Below, one piece after another: positions 43,181-51,628 of a stretch of DNA of 64,000 bases. Below the pieces are notes generated by a model, which searched no databases, was not told where the DNA came from, and was given only the letters and a program-made list of their open reading frames with translations. Where the stretch lies: positions 5,051-69,050 of the forward strand of contig JAJYXR010000026.1 in the NCBI GenBank assembly GCA_021801795.1, read 5' to 3'. Made by a program: the position numbers and the translations under genes. Numbering within the stretch: position 1 is the first letter of the stretch; the number at the start of each line of letters is the position of its first letter. This DNA comes from Actinomycetes bacterium (GTDB lineage Bacteria; Actinomycetota; Acidimicrobiia; Acidimicrobiales; JAJYXR01).

Positions 43181-44737
43181 GTGGTGAGCGCAGATGCCCG
43201 GCCGAGAGGTATCGCGGCGATAGCCGAGGCCGAGCCCGAGCGGGTGGCGCTCGTGGCCGCAGGCAGGCATGTCAGCTTCTCGGATCTAAACCGGTTCGCG
43301 AACGGGGTCGCGGCAGGCCTCATGGAGGCCGGTGTAGGCCCGGCAGCCAGGGTGGCGGTGATGCTCGGGAACGAACCGGCTCTCTTCTACGCACACCTCG
43401 GGGTGGCCCGGCTGGGGGCTCTCGTGGTGCCGCTCTCCTGGCGCCTGAAGGCAGCGGAGATCGCCTACATCCTGGAGGACTCCGGCGCGTCCTTCTTCAT
43501 CCACGACGGATCGCCAGGAGCACTCGAAGCCGTCTCGCTCACCGGCGTGAGGTCCTGTTCGGCGTCAGACCCGGAGGTCTTCGGTGCTGCCGATCGGCCG
43601 CCGCGCGAGGACTATCTGGGGGCACCGGTGACGACGATGGGCTACACCTCTGGAACGACTGGACGTCCCAAAGGCATCGTCCGGCCTGCGCCGGCCCCAG
43701 CGGCCAGCGCCCCAGCCCAGCCCTTTGCCCGCTTCTGGGGCTTCGGACCAGATGACGTCCACCTGCTGTGCGGTCCCGCCTACCACAGTGCCCCGGGAGC
43801 CTACGCGCACATGACCCTGGTGGAGGGTGGTCGCGTGGTGGTGATGGAGAGGTTCGAGGCCCTGGAGTGCCTGAGGCTCATAGAGGCCGAGGGAGTCACC
43901 ACGACGCACATGGTTCCCGCGAACTTCGTGCGGATCGGGCAGGCACCCTGGGAGGAGTTCGATCGGTCCAGCATACGGAGGGTCCTACATGCAGCAGCCC
44001 CCTGTCCGGTCTCCCTGAAGCTCCAGATGATGAAGGTGTTCCCGCCCGGGAGCCTCTGGGAGTACTACGGGGCCAGCGAGGGCATGGTGTCGGTGGTCTC
44101 CCCCGAGGAGTGGCTGGAACGGCCTGGAACCCTGGGAAAGCCGTTCCCCGGTCTCAGCGTTCGCATCCTCGACGGCAGCGGCCATGACATGCCACCAGGG
44201 GAGGTGGGAGCCATATACGTCTCCTCGATGCCCGGCGCGCGCTTCGAGTACCACGGCGCCCCCGAGAAGACCGCGGAGGCATGGAAGGGCGACTTCTTCA
44301 CCGTAGGTGACCTGGGGTGGCTGGACGAGGACGGGTACCTCTTCCTCGCGGACCGGCGCACCGACCTCATCATTACCGGCGGTGTGAACGTCTATCCTGC
44401 CGAGGTCGAGCAGGCTTTCATGGAGGAGGAGGACGTGGTGGACGTAGCAGTGATCGGCTTACCCGACGACAGGATGGGCCAGCGGGTTCATGCCATCATC
44501 GAGCTGGCTCCCGGTGCTGCTGAGGATGCCGATGACCTGGTCGGACGCGTGGCCAAGCGCCTCGCGGACTTCAAGCTCCCGCGATCGGTGGAGTTCGTGA
44601 AGCAGCTCGAGCGCGAGCCCAACGGGAAGGTCATGAAGGCGAACCTCCGAGACCAGCGCAGAGCAGGGCGATTCCAGGGCACCCTGCACCTGCTGGGTGA
44701 CCTGGGGCGCTCCGGATCTACCGAGCCACTGCCATGA
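43181..44737 (+). CDS. AMP-forming acyl-CoA synthetase (adenylate-forming superfamily)
   Basis: Motif I GYTSGTTGRPKG, later GEVGAIYV, GDLGWLDEDGYLFLADR and the PNGKV lysine motif. The GTG at 43181 lies 7 nt after AGGAGG. Confidence 0.85.
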   Translation: MVSADARPRGIAAIAEAEPERVALVAAGRHVSFSDLNRFANGVAAGLMEAGVGPAARVAVMLGNEPALFYAHLGVARLGALVVPLSWRLKAAEIAYILEDSGASFFIHDGSPGALEAVSLTGVRSCSASDPEVFGAADRPPREDYLGAPVTTMGYTSGTTGRPKGIVRPAPAPAASAPAQPFARFWGFGPDDVHLLCGPAYHSAPGAYAHMTLVEGGRVVVMERFEALECLRLIEAEGVTTTHMVPANFVRIGQAPWEEFDRSSIRRVLHAAAPCPVSLKLQMMKVFPPGSLWEYYGASEGMVSVVSPEEWLERPGTLGKPFPGLSVRILDGSGHDMPPGEVGAIYVSSMPGARFEYHGAPEKTAEAWKGDFFTVGDLGWLDEDGYLFLADRRTDLIITGGVNVYPAEVEQAFMEEEDVVDVAVIGLPDDRMGQRVHAIIELAPGAAEDADDLVGRVAKRLADFKLPRSVEFVKQLEREPNGKVMKANLRDQRRAGRFQGTLHLLGDLGRSGSTEPLP

Positions 44738-44768
44738 ACGCCGCCATGAGCGCTGCCGGGGTCCTGCT

Positions 44769-46301
44769 ATGAGCGCATCGGAAGCCACGGCGGAGGGCGC
44801 TGCCGGAGCCGGTCGGGACCCGGCGCCGACGGAGCATCCGGTTCTGGGTGAGCCGCGCCTCACCGTGGGCGGGTCGCTGGTCGAGTCACGCTCCGGTGCT
44901 CTGTTCGAGAACATGGACCCGGCTACGGAGCTGGTCCTCGGGCACTGCGCCGACGGCTCCACCGAGGACATGCAGGACGCGATCGAGGCTGCCAGGACGG
45001 CCTTCGACACCACCGGCTGGTCCACGGACCCGGCCTTCAGGAGCCGGTGCCTCTACCAGCTCTTCGAGGCCATGGAGGCCCACAAGGAGGAGCTGCGATC
45101 GGTGGTGGTGGCCGAGGCCGGCTCTCCGGTGGCGATGACCTACGCGGTCCAGGTGGAGGAACCTGTCGCGGACATGGCCTACTGGGCAGAGCTGGCCGGC
45201 AGCTACGAGTACGACCGGCCGCTTCCCGACCGCGAGGTCTTCGGTCAGATGCAGCGCCGGCTGGTGGCGCGGGAGGCGGTAGGGGTGGTGGGTGCCATCA
45301 CCCCCTGGAACTTCCCGCTCTACCTGAACGTGGCGAAGCTGGCGCCCGCGCTGGCGGCCGGGAACACGGTGGTGCTGAAGCCGGCTCCCGACACGCCGTG
45401 GTCGGCCACCTGGCTAGGCAGGCTGGCCGTGGAGGAGACCGACATTCCACCGGGCGTGCTGAACGTGGTCGCCTCCTCGGACCATCTGGTGGGTGAGACG
45501 CTCACCAGCGATCCCAGGGTGGACATGATCACCTTCACCGGCTCGACGGCCACCGGACGGCGGATAATGGCCTCGGCCTCGCAGAGCCTGAAGAAGGTCT
45601 TCCTGGAGCTCGGTGGGAAATCCGCGAACATCGTGCTCGATGACGCCGACGTGGCATCAGCGGTTGCCTTCAGCGCCATCGGCGTCTGTGTCCACGCAGG
45701 GCAGGGCTGTGCCATAACCACGCGCCTCTTGCTGGCACGGTCTGTCTACGACGAAGGCATCGAGCTGGCAGCAGAGGCAATGCGAGGCATCGGCGTAGGC
45801 GACCCCTGGGACCCCGCGAACCTGCAGGGGCCACTCATAAACGCCCGCCAGCGGGAGAGGGTCTTTGGCTACGTCGAGGCAGGCAAGGCGAGCGGTGCCA
45901 GACTGGTGCTAGGTGGAGGGGTGCCCGAGGGCCTGGGCCGGGGGTTCTACGTGGAGCCGACCCTCTTCGCTGACGTGGACCCGGACGCGACTCTAGCCCA
46001 GGAGGAGATATTCGGCCCGGTGCTCGTGGTGATCCCCTTCGACGACGACGACGACGCGGTCCGGATAGCCAACCATTCGAGATACGGGCTCTCGGGGGCG
46101 GTGAACAGTGCATCGGAGGAGCGGGCCACCGCGGTCGCGAGGAGGCTGAGGACCGGAACGGTCTCGGTGAACGGGGGGATGTGGTTCTCCCCCGACGTCC
46201 CCTTCGGAGGGTATCGACAGAGCGGGATCGGCCGCGAGAACGGCATCGAGGGCTTCGAGGAGTACCTCGAGGTGAAGGCCCTCGCGTTCCCTAAGTCCTA
46301 A
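44769..46301 (+). CDS. NAD(P)-dependent aldehyde dehydrogenase
   Basis: FTGSTATGRRI, ELGGKSANIV and the catalytic-Cys region GQGCAITTR. The start at ATG 44769 is approximate. Confidence 0.9.
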   Translation: MSASEATAEGAAGAGRDPAPTEHPVLGEPRLTVGGSLVESRSGALFENMDPATELVLGHCADGSTEDMQDAIEAARTAFDTTGWSTDPAFRSRCLYQLFEAMEAHKEELRSVVVAEAGSPVAMTYAVQVEEPVADMAYWAELAGSYEYDRPLPDREVFGQMQRRLVAREAVGVVGAITPWNFPLYLNVAKLAPALAAGNTVVLKPAPDTPWSATWLGRLAVEETDIPPGVLNVVASSDHLVGETLTSDPRVDMITFTGSTATGRRIMASASQSLKKVFLELGGKSANIVLDDADVASAVAFSAIGVCVHAGQGCAITTRLLLARSVYDEGIELAAEAMRGIGVGDPWDPANLQGPLINARQRERVFGYVEAGKASGARLVLGGGVPEGLGRGFYVEPTLFADVDPDATLAQEEIFGPVLVVIPFDDDDDAVRIANHSRYGLSGAVNSASEERATAVARRLRTGTVSVNGGMWFSPDVPFGGYRQSGIGRENGIEGFEEYLEVKALAFPKS

Positions 46302-46332
46302 GTCCTAAGTCCTAAGTCCTAAGTCCTAAGTC
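46291..46332. repeat. Heptanucleotide tandem repeat (CTAAGTC)x6, starting in the aldehyde dehydrogenase stop codon
   Basis: Six perfect copies at 46291-46332. The TAA at 46299-46301 is the gene's stop. Confidence 0.95.
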
Positions 46333-46354
46333 CTGGCGGACCCAGGCACCATGG

Positions 46355-46399
46355 AGCCGGCGGCACGGTGGGGCTCCAGCCGGCGGCACGGTGGGGCTC
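46355..46399. repeat. 23-bp period tandem duplication (AGCCGGCGGCACGGTGGGGCTC x2)
   Basis: Identical 22-mers at 46355-46376 and 46378-46399, ending 5 nt before the CoA-transferase stop. Confidence 0.9.
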
Positions 46400-46404
46400 G
46401 GGAA

Positions 46405-48813
46405 TCATTCCAGCACCCCGTCGCGGGCCAGCCTGTCGATCTCGGAGCCCTCGAGGCCGAGCAGCTCGGAGAGGACGAGGTCGTTGTGCTCCCCGAGGCA
46501 GGGACTGGGTCGGCTGTACCCACCGGGGGTGCTGGCCAGGCGGAACCCATTGCGCTCGTAGCCGCAGTCGCCCATGCAGGGGTGGTGGAGAACCGCGAAG
46601 TGGTCGCGCGCGGCCAGCTGGGGATCTGCCCAGGCATCCGCGAAGTCCGACACAGGCACCGCCTCCACCCCGATGGCTTGGAGCTGCTCGGCGACTTGAT
46701 CTGCGCCAAGCTCGGCCGTCCAGAGCGCTACCATGCTCTCTACCTCGGACACCCTGGCCATCCGGCCACCTAGAGCCGCGAGCCTCTCGTCCAGGGCATC
46801 GCCCCCCAGGACGCCAGCGAGCCTGGCCCAACTGGCGTCGTCGTTACAGGCGATCGCCACGAAGCGGTCGTCACCCCTGGTGGGGAAGATGCCGTGGGGC
46901 ACGGCCCGTTCGGAGCGGTTGCCGATGCGCTCGGATACCCGGGAGTTCACCACGAAGTCGACCAGCCAGGGCGAGAGCGTGTAGGCCGCCGCCTCCACCT
47001 GGCTGACGTCTATGTGCAGGCCCCGGCCGGTGCGCCTCCTGTAGAGGAGCCCGGCGGCGAGCGCGGTGGCGACGAAGCGGGGAGCCAGGGAGTCGGTGAT
47101 GGTCCCGTAGGGGCCAACCGGTTCCCGATCAGGCCATCCGGTCAGGAAGTTGTAGCCGGCCAGAGCGGAGCCCTGGCCGCCGAAGCCGGGGTAGTCGCGG
47201 TGGGGGCCAGTCTGTCCCTGGAGACAGGAGCTCACCATCACCAGGTCGGGCTTGTGCTCTAGGAGCGTGGTGTAGTCCAGCCCCAGACCCTCGAGTGCCC
47301 GTGGCGCGAAGTTCTCCACCAGCGCGTCGGCCCAGGACACCAGACGGAGCGCCAGGGCCTTTCCCTCGGGGTGCTTCAGGTTCACGGTTATGCCCAGCTT
47401 CCCCACGTTCAAGGAGTCGAACATCTCCGATCCGTCGAGGCCGCATGGGTTGTCCGGCCGCATCCCATAGGTGCGGAGGAAGTCCGGCCGTGAGCGCGAT
47501 TCGATCCTCACCACCGTGGCACCGTGCTCCGCGAAGTAGCGGAGCGCGATCGGACCTGCGGCCCCGGTGCCGAGCTCGACCAGGCGGATTCCCTCCCAGG
47601 CCATCCGACCGGCGTCCGGAGGCTCGTCTTGGCGCCAGAGGTGACTGGCGCGGGAAGACCGACCGGTGTCCGGCACCGCTCCAGACGCCACCCCTCCTGG
47701 AGGTGTCTCGGCAGGATGTGACTGCGGTTGGCCGGCTGGGGACCTCGGTCGGGGTCGCTCGATGGAGCCGTCGGGGTGACGCAGCTGGAGGAAGGAGAGG
47801 GGAAAGTCATCCACGAAGGAAAAGGGCCCGAAGAAGCCCCGGTGCCTGAGCTGGGTGCTGGCCAACAGCTCGGCGGGGGAGTTGATGGGTGCGAGCATGA
47901 GGTTCGTGGCGCAGGCGATCTCGTAGAGCTCCCCCATGGTGCGGAGCGAGAAGTAGGTGGCGATTGGGGCCGATATGGCCTCCAGCTCGCCGGGAGCCAG
48001 GGCGGTGTGGTCGTAGCTCTCCCAGTCCCGGTCGGTCAGTGCGCTGGTGGCCAGGCCGGCTTCCTCGACCAGTCTGGTGATGGTGCGGAGGTTGGCCACC
48101 CTGGCCTTGCCACCTCTCAGGCCGAAGGAGACGAAACCGTCCGCACATGGCCAGATCTCGCGGCTCGCGCCGATGTTCGCGCCGGAACGCCTGCCTCGGT
48201 TCGAGGTGCGTGGGTAACGGCCGGGCCAGCCCATCGAGGCGATCATGACCGACTCCTGTATGGACACGTCCACCTGCTGGGGCACACCGGAGGCCAGAGC
48301 AGAGAGCGCTGCGAGCGCGGCCTCGGGACCGACATGGGCATAGGAGACCGGCTCCCTGCAGCGCACAGGGGGGCGGTCGGGGTCCCCGGTGCAGTAGAGG
48401 TTCCCCGTGGATGCCATGATCCCGATGTCGGTGGCCTGCCAGTCAGATCTCGGACCTCCCAGCCCGAAGGGGGTCACCGACACCCATACGGCATGCCCAT
48501 AGTTGGTCGGGTCCAGGGCTAGTGTCCCAGGCCAGCCTGGCGTGTCGATGACTATGTGGCAGCCGGCCAGCAGCTCCTGAAGACGGGGATCGTCGGCGCC
48601 GCTCACGGGCAGGATCGACTTCCCTGCGTTCCAGGTCGTGTAGCGAAGGGAGATCCCGTCGGGACCGAGCGGTGGCAGTTGGCGGAGTGGGTCGTCGGGT
48701 AGCTCTGCCCGGACGACCTCGGCACCGAGGTCTCCGAGGATCCTTCCGGTCATCGCGGCAGGCTCGCCTGCCAGGTCGACTACCTTGACCGATTCTAGAA
48801 GGGACTCGTTCAC
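46405..48813 (-). CDS. Tandem-fused family III (CaiB/BaiF) CoA-transferase, two complete modules in one 802-aa chain
   Basis: Two N-terminal-type Rossmann starts (VKVVDLAGEPAAMTGRILGDLGAEVV and IRLVELGTGAAGPIALRYFAEHGATVV) about 420 aa apart, joined by a Pro/Ser/Gly/Arg-rich linker. Confidence 0.85.
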   Translation of the reverse strand: MNESLLESVKVVDLAGEPAAMTGRILGDLGAEVVRAELPDDPLRQLPPLGPDGISLRYTTWNAGKSILPVSGADDPRLQELLAGCHIVIDTPGWPGTLALDPTNYGHAVWVSVTPFGLGGPRSDWQATDIGIMASTGNLYCTGDPDRPPVRCREPVSYAHVGPEAALAALSALASGVPQQVDVSIQESVMIASMGWPGRYPRTSNRGRRSGANIGASREIWPCADGFVSFGLRGGKARVANLRTITRLVEEAGLATSALTDRDWESYDHTALAPGELEAISAPIATYFSLRTMGELYEIACATNLMLAPINSPAELLASTQLRHRGFFGPFSFVDDFPLSFLQLRHPDGSIERPRPRSPAGQPQSHPAETPPGGVASGAVPDTGRSSRASHLWRQDEPPDAGRMAWEGIRLVELGTGAAGPIALRYFAEHGATVVRIESRSRPDFLRTYGMRPDNPCGLDGSEMFDSLNVGKLGITVNLKHPEGKALALRLVSWADALVENFAPRALEGLGLDYTTLLEHKPDLVMVSSCLQGQTGPHRDYPGFGGQGSALAGYNFLTGWPDREPVGPYGTITDSLAPRFVATALAAGLLYRRRTGRGLHIDVSQVEAAAYTLSPWLVDFVVNSRVSERIGNRSERAVPHGIFPTRGDDRFVAIACNDDASWARLAGVLGGDALDERLAALGGRMARVSEVESMVALWTAELGADQVAEQLQAIGVEAVPVSDFADAWADPQLAARDHFAVLHHPCMGDCGYERNGFRLASTPGGYSRPSPCLGEHNDLVLSELLGLEGSEIDRLARDGVLE

Positions 48814-48886
48814 ATCTGTGCCTGGAGCTGGGTATCGCCCGGCATGCCCGCGGTCGCGCCCCGGGCATAGGTCGGGAATCGGGAAG

Positions 48887-50092
48887 TTACGAGGCTGCCT
48901 TTTCGAGTATGTGCACAGCGCAGGCCGACCCCAGGCCGATGACGTGGGTGAGGCCTACCCTGGCACCCTCGATCTGCCGGTCGCCGGCCTCTCCACGCAG
49001 GTGGGTGGCCACCTCGTAGACGTTCGCCACGCCGGTGGCTCCTATCGGGTGACCCTTTGACAGCAGGCCGCCCGAGACGTTCACCGGGGTGGAGCCGTCA
49101 CGCCAGGGGCCACGCCGGTCTATGAACTCCCCGGCCCCGCCAGGCTCGCAGAGCTGGAGGTTGTCGTAGTGGACGAGCTCGGCAGTCGCGAAGCAGTCAT
49201 GGAGCTCCACCAGGTCCAGATCCGCTGGAGCCACCCCCGCCTGCTCGTAGGCCAGCGCGGCGGCCTGCCTGGTGAGGGTCGAGACGTCGAAGTCGGCCAT
49301 CTCCGAAGGGGTGTAGGGGTCGCTCGTGAGGACCGAGGCAGAGATCTTCACGGCCCGGTGCCTCACGTCGGGGTCGAGGGTCGCGAGCTTCGAGTCCGAG
49401 CAGAGGACCACTCCAGCCGCGCCGTCACCGGTCGGGCAGCACATGAGGAGGGTGTTCGGGTAGGCCACCATCTCTGCTGCCATCACCTCTTCCAGTGAGA
49501 AGGGCTTCTGGTATTGGGCCAGCGGGTTCAGCGCCGAGTGGGCGTGGTTCTTCTCGGCTACCTTCGCGAACTGCTCGAACCCCACGCCGTCGTGGTCGTT
49601 CGCGTACTCCATACCCACCTGTGCGAACACGCCGGGCATCAGCTGGGTGCCGATGATCCCCTCGACGGGCATCACCGACCCGTAGCGGCCCGACGGGGTG
49701 AAGCCGGCCGGCTTCGGGCGCGAACGCCCAGCGTTCCCGAGGAGACCCATCTTTCCCATCTGCTCAGCTCCGACCGCGAGGGCCATGTCGGCCTCGCCGG
49801 CCTTTATGGCCATCAGCGCGGTCCGCATGGCAGTGGCGCCAGTGGCACAGGCATTGGCGACGTTATAGATGGGAATCCCGGTCTGGCCTATCTGCTTGGC
49901 CAGTCGCTGGCCGAGCATGTTCGGTGCCTCCGAGAGGCATCCCACGGCCATCATCTGGATGTCCTGGATGCTGGCATCTGCGTCTGCCAGGGCACCCAGG
50001 GTCGCCTCCGCGGCCAGGTCGATTACATCCAGATCGGGGTAACGCCCGAAGCGGGTCATCGCCGCTCCGATTATCCAAGCCTCTGCGGGCAT
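48887..50092 (-). CDS. SCP-x/lipid-transfer-type thiolase (nucleophilic Cys present)
   Basis: The NVANACATGATAM active-site Cys region and GHPIGATG. The ATG at 50092 is preceded by GGAGGAG. The track ORF start at 50434 overlaps the DUF35 gene. Confidence 0.85.
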   Translation of the reverse strand: MPAEAWIIGAAMTRFGRYPDLDVIDLAAEATLGALADADASIQDIQMMAVGCLSEAPNMLGQRLAKQIGQTGIPIYNVANACATGATAMRTALMAIKAGEADMALAVGAEQMGKMGLLGNAGRSRPKPAGFTPSGRYGSVMPVEGIIGTQLMPGVFAQVGMEYANDHDGVGFEQFAKVAEKNHAHSALNPLAQYQKPFSLEEVMAAEMVAYPNTLLMCCPTGDGAAGVVLCSDSKLATLDPDVRHRAVKISASVLTSDPYTPSEMADFDVSTLTRQAAALAYEQAGVAPADLDLVELHDCFATAELVHYDNLQLCEPGGAGEFIDRRGPWRDGSTPVNVSGGLLSKGHPIGATGVANVYEVATHLRGEAGDRQIEGARVGLTHVIGLGSACAVHILEKAAS

Positions 50093-50111
50093 TCTGATCT
50101 CCTCCGTCCAT

Positions 50112-50147
50112 ACCTCTGTCGTTCGGGACCTCTGTCGTTCGGGACTC
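50112..50147. repeat. 16-bp tandem repeat, about 2.2 copies (ACCTCTGTCGTTCGGG), in the DUF35-thiolase junction
   Basis: Identical copies at 50112-50127 and 50128-50143, then a partial copy. Confidence 0.9.
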
Positions 50148-50157
50148 GCTGGGTAGC

Positions 50158-50586
50158 TCAGGCTGGGGTGAAGCCGAAGGCGACTGCCTCGGTCCCCTCC
50201 TCGTCGGTGCCCGCTACGAAGGTGGTCAGCTTCACCCGGCCTCCGAGCTGGATATTGGCCGGGTCGGCCTCGATCCCGACCAGGTTCGCCTTCACCATGC
50301 CGCCACCGTCGAGAGCCACGGTGGCCGAGACGTAGGGCACGGTTACACCCGGCGCGGCGCGCCTGACCACGGTGAACGATCTGATCACCCCGGTCCGGCC
50401 GAGGGGCTTGGGGGCGAAGTCCAGACCTCCACACCTGGCACAGGCATTACGGCGGTCGAAGAACATCGCCTGGCAGGAGCTGCACTCCTGTGCGACGAGG
50501 TAGGGATCGCCCTGGTCGATGACCAGGTAGCCGACTGCGGGTATCCTGCGGCCCCGAGTGGCCGCTTCGGTCATGGTCATAGGCAT
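50158..50586 (-). CDS. DUF35 OB-fold/zinc-ribbon protein (thiolase partner)
   Basis: CSSCQAMFFDRRNACARCG zinc ribbon followed by an OB-fold region. Upstream partner of a thiolase, the usual pairing. Confidence 0.85.
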   Translation of the reverse strand: MPMTMTEAATRGRRIPAVGYLVIDQGDPYLVAQECSSCQAMFFDRRNACARCGGLDFAPKPLGRTGVIRSFTVVRRAAPGVTVPYVSATVALDGGGMVKANLVGIEADPANIQLGGRVKLTTFVAGTDEEGTEAVAFGFTPA

Positions 50587-50601
50587 ATCCTATCAATGTC
50601 T

Positions 50602-50617
50602 CTGACGGCCACGTCAG
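50602..50617. promoter_or_regulatory. Island palindrome copy C: CTGACggccacGTCAG
   Basis: Located in the divergent DUF35/crotonase gap, 16 bp from the DUF35 start and 38 bp from the crotonase start. Confidence 0.5.
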
Positions 50618-50654
50618 TCCGTGTCGCCGGAGAGCCCAGAGCGAGGAGGGTCGG

Positions 50655-51512
50655 ATGTCCGAGGGGTCAGCCAGTACCGGGTCAGCCAGTACCGGGTCAG
50701 CAGAGCAGGAGATACTGCATCGCGTCGAGGAGAGGGTGTCATGGATAACGCTGAACCGGCCCGAGGTGTCGAACGCCATGACGCCGGCTCAGCGGGAGCT
50801 GGTCATCGCCCTTCTGGAGGAGGCCAGTGCCTCGCTGGCGATAGGGGCCGTGGTGATCACCGCTACAGGCAAGGGTTTCTGCACGGGCGCGGATCTCCGC
50901 CCGGGCAGCAGGGTCCCGGCCCCGAGGCCGGAGGGTGCTCCGGAGAGGGCCATGTGGGACGTGACGCGGATGATCCGTTCGGGGGCCCAGCGGCTGATCG
51001 AGGCCGTGCTGGACTGCGAGAAGCCGGTAGTCGCGGGGGTGAACGGAACTGCGGCCGGGCTCGGGGCGCACCTGGCGTTCGCGTGTGACCTGGTGGTGGC
51101 TGCCGATCAGGCGCGCTTCATCGAGGTCTTCGTCCGCCGTGGCATCGCCCCCGACGCCGGGGGTGCCTACCTGCTGCCGCGCCTGGTGGGCCTGCAGGCA
51201 GCGAAGGAGATGGTGTTCTTCGGCGACGACATCTCCGCCGAAAGGGCCGGGCGTCTTGGCCTGGTGAACAGGGTGGTGCCGGCCCATGAGCTCCCCTCCA
51301 CGCTGGCCGAGATCGCCGGGAGGCTCGCGTCGGGCCCCACGAAGGCACTCGGTGCTGCGAAGTGGCTGCTGAACCGATCGCTCGACTCGGATCGCCGGAC
51401 CGCTTTCGAGGAGGAAGCCATGGTCCAGGAGCTGGTCACCTCGACGGCCGATATGCGGGAGGGCATGGCTGCCTTCGCCGAGAGGCGTTCGGCGGATTTC
51501 CGGGGCTGGTGA
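50655..51512 (+). CDS. Enoyl-CoA hydratase/isomerase (crotonase) family
   Basis: ITLNRPEVSNAM..., the GKGFCTGADL oxyanion-hole region and VNGTAAGLG. The ATG is preceded by GAGGAGGG. Confidence 0.9.
   Translation: MSEGSASTGSASTGSAEQEILHRVEERVSWITLNRPEVSNAMTPAQRELVIALLEEASASLAIGAVVITATGKGFCTGADLRPGSRVPAPRPEGAPERAMWDVTRMIRSGAQRLIEAVLDCEKPVVAGVNGTAAGLGAHLAFACDLVVAADQARFIEVFVRRGIAPDAGGAYLLPRLVGLQAAKEMVFFGDDISAERAGRLGLVNRVVPAHELPSTLAEIAGRLASGPTKALGAAKWLLNRSLDSDRRTAFEEEAMVQELVTSTADMREGMAAFAERRSADFRGW
50664..50702. repeat. 15-bp tandem repeat, about 2.6 copies (GGGTCAGCCAGTACC), in the crotonase 5' end
   Basis: Copies at 50664-50678 and 50679-50693, then a partial. It encodes GSASTGSASTGSA. Confidence 0.9.
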
Positions 51513-51559
51513 GGGCTACCGGCCGGTTTCCGCTTGCCAGATCCCCAGGGGGAATTAGA

Positions 51560-51575
51560 CTGACACGGGAGTCAT
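51560..51575. promoter_or_regulatory. Island palindrome copy D: CTGACacgggaGTCAT
   Basis: About 55 bp upstream of the second amidohydrolase start. This is the weakest copy. Confidence 0.4.
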
Positions 51576-51628
51576 AGAACTAGACGGGGCCCGCCTGGGC
51601 AGTGCCTTTGGGCGGCGATGAGGGAGCG

